Source: Bacillota bacterium (GTDB lineage: Bacteria; Bacillota; Limnochordia; Darwinibacteriales; JAAYFS01). Taken from it: a stretch of 64,000 nucleotides of DNA. Below, piece by piece: positions 57,219 through 64,000 of the stretch (position 1 is the stretch's first letter; each line of letters starts with the position of its first letter). Under the pieces are notes generated by a model, which had not been told where the DNA came from, did no database searches, and saw nothing but the letters and a program-made list of their open reading frames with translations. Position numbers and translations under genes: made by a program. The stretch is taken from the NCBI GenBank assembly GCA_012728115.1, contig JAAYFS010000002.1, positions 4,818-68,817 on the forward strand. Reading direction: 5' to 3'.

Positions 57219-57593
57219 ATGACAAAAGAGGAAATTTTGCAAGCGATAGAAAACATGACTGTTTTAGAGTTATCTGAGTTAGTAAAAGCTATGGAAGAAA
57301 AGTTTGGCGTATCCGCTGCAGCTCCAGTAGCTGTTGCAGCAGTTGGTGGCGCAGCTGGTGCTGCTGAAGAAGTTGAAGAACAAACTGAATTCGATGTTAT
57401 CTTAACATCCGCTGGCGACAAGAAGATCAACGTTATTAAGATTGTTCGCGAAGTAACTGGTCTTGGCTTGAAAGAAGCTAAAGACTTAGTAGACTCAGCT
57501 CCAAAGGCTGTTAATGAAGGCGTTTCTAAAGAAGAAGCTGAAGAATTAAAGGGCAAACTTGAAGAAGCAGGAGCTAGTGTTGAACTTAAGTAA
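57219..57593 (+). CDS. rplL: 50S ribosomal protein L7/L12
   Basis: '[35 protein letters not shown]' and the C-terminal '[18 protein letters not shown]...[13 protein letters not shown]'. Confidence 0.95.
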   Translation: MTKEEILQAIENMTVLELSELVKAMEEKFGVSAAAPVAVAAVGGAAGAAEEVEEQTEFDVILTSAGDKKINVIKIVREVTGLGLKEAKDLVDSAPKAVNEGVSKEEAEELKGKLEEAGASVELK

Positions 57594-57607
57594 GAATTAA
57601 TTAAGAA

Positions 57608-57638
57608 AAGCACCCATTGAGTTTGGGTGCTTTTTTAG
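57608..57638 (+). terminator. Terminator after rplL
   Basis: aagcaccca-ttgagtt-tgggtgctt followed by tttttag. Confidence 0.75.
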
Positions 57639-57671
57639 TTACGAAAAGAGCAACAAGCAATCAAGAACTTG

Positions 57672-57700
57672 TTGACAAGAAAATCCTGCTATGATATGAT
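57672..57700 (+). promoter_or_regulatory. Promoter for rpoB-rpoC (TTGACA-17-TATGAT), followed by a ~400-nt structured leader
   Basis: -35 at 57672-57677 and -10 at 57695-57700. The leader contains the hairpins caaaagtg-tttgcta-cacttttg (~57965-57990) and an imperfect 13-bp inverted repeat (~57998-58050). Confidence 0.55.
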
Positions 57701-58100
57701 AGATTAGCGTTAAAATCGAATAAAATACCAGCTTTACTCTTATTCAACAAAGCCCTATGTAATTCCTGCTAATACATGAATATTTTTTTCGGTGCTGGTG
57801 ATGCTAGTTAATATAATATATTTTACATAATTTTTATTCGAAATGCATTATAGCAATGGGGGAGTTTGAATTACATAAGGACGTTTATTTGTAGGTAGAA
57901 GCAAGAGTTTATAATTTTAAAGCGAGGGGGACAAATCTCCTTGCTTTTGCTCATGTTATTAACAATGTAGGCAAAAGTGTTTGCTACACTTTTGTAATTG
58001 TGTTAAGAACGTTGTTTGTAACATTGTAATTAGCAATGCTCTTAACATTTGATCGAACTGAGCTTGGTAGTTGTATGACAAAAAGGAGAGGTGAGGGCCA

Positions 58101-61100
58101 TTGGCGGTAGCCATTCAAGAAGGTAAGCGGAAACGAATAAACTTCGGAAAAATCGACGAAGTTCTCGAAATGCCCAATCTTATCGAAATCCAAAGAAAGT
58201 CCTATGATTGGTTCTTGCAAAAAGGGCTTTTAGAAATGTTCGAGGACATTTCTCCGATTCAGGATTTCACAGGAAATCTTATTCTCGAGTTTATTGATTA
58301 TTCCTTGGGCGAACCAAAGTACCATGTAGAAGAGTGTAAAGATCGAGATGTTACTTATTCAGCCCCACTACGAGTGAGAGTACGCTTAATAAACAAGGAT
58401 ACTGGCGAAGTAAAAGAACAAGAAGTATTTATGGGAGATTTTCCATTGATGACTGAACAAGGAACCTTTATCATCAATGGAGCGGAACGCGTCATAGTGA
58501 GTCAATTGGTGCGCTCTCCTGGAACGTACTTCAACTTCACAATCGATACCAGTGGTAAACCGCTTTATACCGCTAGTATTATCCCAAATAGAGGTGCCTG
58601 GCTCGAGTTCGAGATGGATTCAAATGATATTATATCGGTTCGAGTTGACCGCACTCGTAAAATCCCTGTTACCGTGCTTATTCGTGCTATTGGTCTTTCC
58701 AGTAATGTTAAAATCCTGGATTATTTCAACAATGCGGAATCGATCAAGGCTACTTTAGAAAAAGACAATACTGAAACCACCGAAGAAGCATTAGTAGAGA
58801 TCTATAAACGTTTAAGACCAGGAGAACCTCCTACAGAGGAGAGTGCGCGTGGTCTATTTGAAACGCTCTTTTATGATCCGAAAAGATATGATTTGGCAGG
58901 TGTAGGTCGCTATAAAATCAATAAGAAGTTACGACTTACCGAGCGATTGGTCAATCGGATCGCAGCTGAAAATGTTATTCATCCCGAAACAGGCGAGGTT
59001 CTTGCTGAAGCTGGCGAAAAGATTGTTCGAAGGGTTGCCGAAAAAATCCAGGAAGCTGGAATTTCTTCTGTTGCGATTCAAACCAAGGATGGTGAAATTC
59101 TACGCGTTGTCGGTAATGGGCAGCCAGATGATGAGGTAAAAATTATTACTCAGGAAGATATATTAGCAACAATTAACTACTTGGTTAACCTACCCTATGG
59201 AGTAGGTAATATCGATGATATAGACCATCTTGGCAATCGACGTTTAAAATCAGTGGGTGAACTACTTCAAAACCAGTTTAGAATCGGACTAAGCCGAATG
59301 GAAAGAGTAGTTCGTGAAAGAATGACTATTCAAGACGTGGATATTATTACCCCACAAGCGTTGATCAATATTCGACCTGTTGTCGCAGCGATTAAAGAAT
59401 TCTTCGGTTCGAGCCAATTATCGCAGTTTATGGATCAAACAAATCCGCTCGCAGAGCTCACTCATAAACGTCGTTTAAGTGCACTGGGACCTGGTGGACT
59501 TTCGCGTGAACGCGCTGGTTTCGAGGTTCGGGACGTTCACCATTCTCACTATGGAAGAATATGTCCGATCGAAACTCCTGAAGGTCCAAACATCGGTTTG
59601 ATTGGTTCGTTATGTACTTACTCGCGCATTAATGAATACGGATTTATCGAAACACCATATCGAAAAGTTGAGAATGGTATTGTTACCGATGAAATAGTGT
59701 ATTTAACTGCTGACGAAGAAGATAATTACATGATCGCTCAATCCAATGAAAAAACGGATGAGACTGGGAAATTCATCAATGACCGCGTTACAGTCCGTGA
59801 TCGTGATCTAATCAGAATCGTTCCCGCGGATTCCGTTGATTTTATGGATGTATCACCCAAACAATTAGTAAGTATCGCTACAGCCTTAATTCCTTTCTTG
59901 GAGAATGACGACGCAGCTAGAGCATTGATGGGTGCAAACATGCAACGGCAAGCCGTACCGCTACTTACTACTGAAGCGCCTTTGGTTGGTACAGGCATGG
60001 AGTATAAGGCTGCCGTAGACTCAGGAGCAGTATTAATTGCCAAGAATCCTGGTGTAGTTAAACGTGTTTCTGGTACAGAGATTGTAGTAACTACAGATAA
60101 TGGCGATGAAACATATAAACTTCTGAAGTTTAAGCGTTCAAACCAAGGAACATGTATTAACCAAAAACCCCGAGTGGTTGTAGGTCAACAGGTTCAGAAA
60201 GGCGATGTCCTGGCAGACGGTCCTTCAACTGATATGGGTGAATTGGCTTTAGGTAAAAACGTATTAGTTGCCTTTATGCCTTGGGAAGGCTTTAACTATG
60301 AGGACGCCATTTTACTAAGTGAAGATTTGGTTAAAGAAGACGTATTTACGTCAATTCATATAGAAGAGTATGAAGCACAGGCTAGAGATACTAAACTTGG
60401 ACCTGAGGAGATTACTCGTGATATACCGAATGTGGGCGAAGAGAGCTTGCGCGATTTAGATGAACGCGGAATCATCCGAATCGGTGCTGAGGTTAAACCA
60501 GGAGATATCTTGGTTGGGAAAGTTACTCCAAAGGGTGAAACTGAGCTTACAGCTGAAGAACGGCTCTTACGAGCAATTTTTGGCGAAAAAGCACGTGAAG
60601 TTCGCGATACCTCATTGCGAGTTCCTCACGGTGAGGGAGGAATAGTTGTCGATGTTAAGGTGTTTACGCGTGAAAGCGGGGACGAACTCTCGCCAGGAGT
60701 AAATAAACTAGTTAGAGTTTATATCGCTCAAAAACGTAAGATCTCCGAAGGAGATAAGATGGCTGGCAGACACGGTAATAAAGGTGTTATTTCGCGCATT
60801 ATGCCTGTCGAAGATATGCCGTTTCTTCCAGACGGTACTCCAGTTCAAATTGTGCTAAATCCATTAGGCGTTCCATCACGAATGAATATCGGTCAAATTC
60901 TCGAGACACACCTCGGAATGGCTACAAGATTACTTGGAATTCACGTTGCAACTCCTGTTTTTGATGGTGCAACGGAGATCGAAGTAATGGACATGATGGA
61001 AAAAGCAGGGATGGCTAGACATGGAAAAACCATCCTCTATGATGGTAGAACTGGAGAACCTTTTGATAACCCAGTAACAGTCGGCTCTATTTACATGATT

Positions 61101-61826
61101 AAACTGCTTCACTTGGTTGATGATAAGATCCACGCTCGTTCGACTGGCCCATACTCACTAGTTACGCAACAACCATTGGGTGGAAAAGCTCAATTCGGCG
61201 GACAAAGATTTGGTGAGATGGAGGTTTGGGCATTAGAAGCTTACGGAGCGGCTTATACACTCCAAGAAATCCTAACAGTTAAATCTGACGACGTAGTTGG
61301 TAGGGTGAAAACCTACGAAGCGATTGTAAAAGGAGAGAACATCCCAGAGCCTGGCGTGCCAGAATCCTTTAAAGTTCTTATTAAAGAACTACAAAGCTTG
61401 GGTCTTGATGTTCGAGTACTTGGCGAAGAAGAGCAGGAAATCGAGATTCGCGAGGACGATGAAGATATCAGTGAAATGGCAAAGGAACTTGGTATCGATA
61501 TTCAAATCCGTGAGCCCGAACCCAAACCCAAAACTAAACCTGCCGCAATCAAGAAATCCTCTGATGATATAGAAGATGAAGAAATAGATGAGGAAATAGA
61601 TGAACAAATTGATGAAGAAGAACATGATAGTGAAGAGATCCCTGAAATCGATAAGGATTTTGATGGAGAAATAGATGAAGATTTCGATGAAGATTTGGAT
61701 CTAGACTTTGATCTTGTTCCCGATGAAGAGGATGATTCGGACGATGATTTTGATTTAGATTTCGATGACGACTTCGATGACGACCAAGATGAAGATATTT
61801 TCGGAGACGACGAGGAAGATTATTAA
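58101..61826 (+). CDS. rpoB: DNA-directed RNA polymerase subunit beta, with a ~140-aa acidic C-terminal extension
   Basis: TTG start after RBS 'aaaaggagaggtgagg'. All conserved RpoB regions are present. The C-terminal tail after '[11 protein letters not shown]' is D/E-rich with DFD/EID repeats. Confidence 0.97.
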   Translation: MAVAIQEGKRKRINFGKIDEVLEMPNLIEIQRKSYDWFLQKGLLEMFEDISPIQDFTGNLILEFIDYSLGEPKYHVEECKDRDVTYSAPLRVRVRLINKDTGEVKEQEVFMGDFPLMTEQGTFIINGAERVIVSQLVRSPGTYFNFTIDTSGKPLYTASIIPNRGAWLEFEMDSNDIISVRVDRTRKIPVTVLIRAIGLSSNVKILDYFNNAESIKATLEKDNTETTEEALVEIYKRLRPGEPPTEESARGLFETLFYDPKRYDLAGVGRYKINKKLRLTERLVNRIAAENVIHPETGEVLAEAGEKIVRRVAEKIQEAGISSVAIQTKDGEILRVVGNGQPDDEVKIITQEDILATINYLVNLPYGVGNIDDIDHLGNRRLKSVGELLQNQFRIGLSRMERVVRERMTIQDVDIITPQALINIRPVVAAIKEFFGSSQLSQFMDQTNPLAELTHKRRLSALGPGGLSRERAGFEVRDVHHSHYGRICPIETPEGPNIGLIGSLCTYSRINEYGFIETPYRKVENGIVTDEIVYLTADEEDNYMIAQSNEKTDETGKFINDRVTVRDRDLIRIVPADSVDFMDVSPKQLVSIATALIPFLENDDAARALMGANMQRQAVPLLTTEAPLVGTGMEYKAAVDSGAVLIAKNPGVVKRVSGTEIVVTTDNGDETYKLLKFKRSNQGTCINQKPRVVVGQQVQKGDVLADGPSTDMGELALGKNVLVAFMPWEGFNYEDAILLSEDLVKEDVFTSIHIEEYEAQARDTKLGPEEITRDIPNVGEESLRDLDERGIIRIGAEVKPGDILVGKVTPKGETELTAEERLLRAIFGEKAREVRDTSLRVPHGEGGIVVDVKVFTRESGDELSPGVNKLVRVYIAQKRKISEGDKMAGRHGNKGVISRIMPVEDMPFLPDGTPVQIVLNPLGVPSRMNIGQILETHLGMATRLLGIHVATPVFDGATEIEVMDMMEKAGMARHGKTILYDGRTGEPFDNPVTVGSIYMIKLLHLVDDKIHARSTGPYSLVTQQPLGGKAQFGGQRFGEMEVWALEAYGAAYTLQEILTVKSDDVVGRVKTYEAIVKGENIPEPGVPESFKVLIKELQSLGLDVRVLGEEEQEIEIREDDEDISEMAKELGIDIQIREPEPKPKTKPAAIKKSSDDIEDEEIDEEIDEQIDEEEHDSEEIPEIDKDFDGEIDEDFDEDLDLDFDLVPDEEDDSDDDFDLDFDDDFDDDQDEDIFGDDEEDY

Positions 61827-61861
61827 TCCTGGGGTTGTAAGACACAAAGGAGGGAAAGCCC

Positions 61862-64000
61862 TTGCTGGATGTCAATGATTTTGATCGGATGAGAATAGCA
61901 TTAGCTTCGCCTGAACAGATCCGGGCTTGGTCTAGCGGTGAAGTGAAAAAGCCTGAAACGATAAACTATCGTACACTTAAACCAGAACGCGAAGGTCTAT
62001 TTTGTGAAAAGATTTTTGGACCATCTCGTGATTGGGAATGTCACTGTGGTAAGTATAAACGTGTTAGATACAAAGGTATCGTTTGTGACCGGTGTGGAGT
62101 AGAAGTCACTCGGGCAAAAGTGCGGAGAGAAAGAATGGGGCATATTGAACTTGCTGCCCCTGTCTCCCACATCTGGTTTTTTAAAGGTATTCCTAGTAGA
62201 ATGGGACTTATTTTAGATATGTCGCCACGCACTTTAGAAAAAGTGTTATATTTTGCTTCTTACGTGGTGATTGATCCAGGTGAGACTCCGCTTGCTAAGC
62301 AACAACTTCTAACTGAAGCAGAATATCGTGAGTATCGCGATAAGTATAAAAATGAATTTGTTGCAGGAATGGGAGCGGAAGCAATAAAGAAATTATTAGA
62401 GGATCTTGATCTTGACAAATTAAGCAAAAGCTTACGCAAAGAGATTAAAGAAACTACTGGTCAACGGAGAGTTCGGGCGATCAGAAGACTTGAAGTTGTT
62501 GAGTCATTTAGATTATCAGGTAATCATCCTGCCTGGATGATTATGGATGTTATCCCAGTTATTCCGCCTGAATTGCGTCCGATGGTTCAATTGGATGGAG
62601 GTCGTTTCGCTACCTCAGATTTAAATGACCTATATCGTCGAGTTATTAATAGAAACAATAGATTGAAACGACTCTTAGAACTTGGAGCACCTGATATTAT
62701 TGTTCGCAATGAAAAGCGAATGCTTCAAGAGGCGGTGGATGCCTTAATCGATAACGGACGTCGTGGACGACCCGTTACTGGACCAGGTAATCGACCACTA
62801 AAATCGCTGAGCGATATGCTCAAAGGAAAACAAGGTCGCTTTAGACAAAACCTTTTAGGTAAGCGTGTTGACTATTCTGGAAGATCGGTTATTGTAGTCG
62901 GACCGAAACTGAAGATGCATCAATGCGGGTTACCAAAAGAGATGGCATTAGAATTATTCAAGCCATTTATAATGAAGGAATTGGTTAATAAAGGCTTAGC
63001 GCATAATATCAAAAGTGCTAAGCGCATGGTAGAGAGAGTTAGACCTGAAGTGTGGGATGTTGTTGAAGATGTTATTAAGGAACATCCAGTGTTGTTAAAC
63101 CGAGCACCGACCCTTCACCGTCTCGGGATTCAAGCATTTGAACCAGTATTAGTTGAAGGAAAAGCCATTCAAGTTCATCCATTAGTATGTACAGCATATA
63201 ATGCTGACTTTGATGGTGACCAAATGGCTGTTCACGTACCACTCTCTGCCGAAGCACAAGCAGAAGCTAGATTATTGATGCTTTCAACCAATAATATCCT
63301 TGTTCCATCTAGTGGCCGTCCAATCGTAACACCTACTCAAGACATGGTAATCGGCTTGTACTATCTCACCTCGCAAAAAGATGGCGTTAAAGGTGAAGGC
63401 AAGTACTTTGGTTCGCTAGAAGAAGTAATCCATGCCTATGAAGCGGGAGAACTTAGTCTGCACGCCAAGATCTATGTTCGCGAGGGTGATTCTAGACGAG
63501 AAACCACAGCAGGAAGATACCTATTCAATAGTGTCTTGCCTGAGGAAATGGAATACTACGAAACAGAATTAGATAGAAAGAAACTTGGACCACTAGTTGA
63601 AACACTGTACAAAAAGGTTGGTGCACAACGCACTGCCGAAACACTAGATAAAATTAAGGAATTAGGATATAGATACGGAACCCTCTCGGGAGCTACAGTC
63701 TCGGTAGATGATATTATCGTCCCAATTAGTAAACAAGAAAGAATCACCGAGGCTGAAAAAGAAGTTGAACAAATTGAGCTTCAATATCGACGTGGGTTAC
63801 TAACTGCTGATGAAAGATATCAGAGAATCTGTGATATCTGGACCAGGACCAAAGAAGTTGTTACCAAGGAAATGCTCGAGAATTTCGATAAATTCAATCC
63901 GATCTATATGATGGTTGTATCGGGAGCTCGTGGTAACGAGAACCAAATCAGCCAACTAGCAGGAATGCGAGGGTTGGTAAGTGACCCAACAGGAAAGACA
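61862..64000 (+). CDS. rpoC: DNA-directed RNA polymerase subunit beta' (3' end outside the window)
   Basis: TTG start after RBS 'aaaggaggg'. The zinc finger '[23 protein letters not shown]', '[14 protein letters not shown]' and further motifs identify it. It is not in the ORF track because there is no in-window stop. Confidence 0.95.
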   Translation, partial: MLDVNDFDRMRIALASPEQIRAWSSGEVKKPETINYRTLKPEREGLFCEKIFGPSRDWECHCGKYKRVRYKGIVCDRCGVEVTRAKVRRERMGHIELAAPVSHIWFFKGIPSRMGLILDMSPRTLEKVLYFASYVVIDPGETPLAKQQLLTEAEYREYRDKYKNEFVAGMGAEAIKKLLEDLDLDKLSKSLRKEIKETTGQRRVRAIRRLEVVESFRLSGNHPAWMIMDVIPVIPPELRPMVQLDGGRFATSDLNDLYRRVINRNNRLKRLLELGAPDIIVRNEKRMLQEAVDALIDNGRRGRPVTGPGNRPLKSLSDMLKGKQGRFRQNLLGKRVDYSGRSVIVVGPKLKMHQCGLPKEMALELFKPFIMKELVNKGLAHNIKSAKRMVERVRPEVWDVVEDVIKEHPVLLNRAPTLHRLGIQAFEPVLVEGKAIQVHPLVCTAYNADFDGDQMAVHVPLSAEAQAEARLLMLSTNNILVPSSGRPIVTPTQDMVIGLYYLTSQKDGVKGEGKYFGSLEEVIHAYEAGELSLHAKIYVREGDSRRETTAGRYLFNSVLPEEMEYYETELDRKKLGPLVETLYKKVGAQRTAETLDKIKELGYRYGTLSGATVSVDDIIVPISKQERITEAEKEVEQIELQYRRGLLTADERYQRICDIWTRTKEVVTKEMLENFDKFNPIYMMVVSGARGNENQISQLAGMRGLVSDPTGKT

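Noticed and set aside
61389-61875. Minus-strand ORFs (78 and 108 aa) over the rpoB 3' end
   Set aside because: They are produced by the GAT/GAA-rich repetitive coding tract of the RpoB acidic tail (its reverse complement reads as Ile/Phe/Leu-rich). They are not genuine.

Overview
This 64-kb window looks like a conserved core-chromosome region of a low-GC, endospore-forming Firmicute (Clostridia/Bacilli-like gene order). Gene density is high, and I saw no mobile elements, CRISPR arrays or obvious horizontally acquired islands.

Gene order:
- typA(bipA, 5'-truncated by the window edge), a YaiI/UPF0178 gene, a class B PBP, pepF, an orphan GHKL sensor kinase, pcp, pyc.
- murB with an M23 lipoprotein peptidase and a divergent secreted hypothetical.
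- An orphan trpB, a small Cys-rich ORF plus an RseC/MucC-like gene, an MFS transporter, aroC and a 506-aa membrane hypothetical.
- tRNA-Met, spoIIE, tilS, ftsH, folB, htrA, a class-I birA, a Na/Pi cotransporter, spmA-spmB, a CorC/HlyC transporter and an AKR/Fe-S oxidoreductase.
- The classic ctsR-mcsA-mcsB-clpC-radA-disA-carD-like-yacL-ispDF ... cysE-cysS-mrnC-thyX-rlmB-(VanW)-sigH block.
- tRNA-Thr/Tyr/fMet, then tuf-rpmG-secE-nusG-rplK-rplA-rplJ-rplL-rpoB-rpoC (rpoC 3'-truncated).

Regulatory RNA and DNA elements that can be read directly: a Cys T-box leader before cysE, tandem CtsR heptad operators at the ctsR promoter, an L10-leader attenuator, a Spo0A-box-like site before spoIIE, several sigma-A promoters and rho-independent terminators.

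Most interesting observations:
- An array of about 9 (G/U)AG triplets with 2-nt spacers that overlaps the SD and start codon of the orphan trpB. This is the signature of a TRAP binding site.
- An unannotated 58-aa Cys-rich ORF with a perfect RBS, paired with an RseC-like membrane protein.
- An unannotated 50-aa ORF between spmB and the Na/Pi transporter.
- An IspD-IspF fusion plus loss of gltX from the usual synteny.
- An unusually long acidic DFD-repeat tail on RpoB.

Nothing resembling a defence island or a multi-gene novel system is evident. The novelty candidates are small regulatory features and uncharacterised ORFs.
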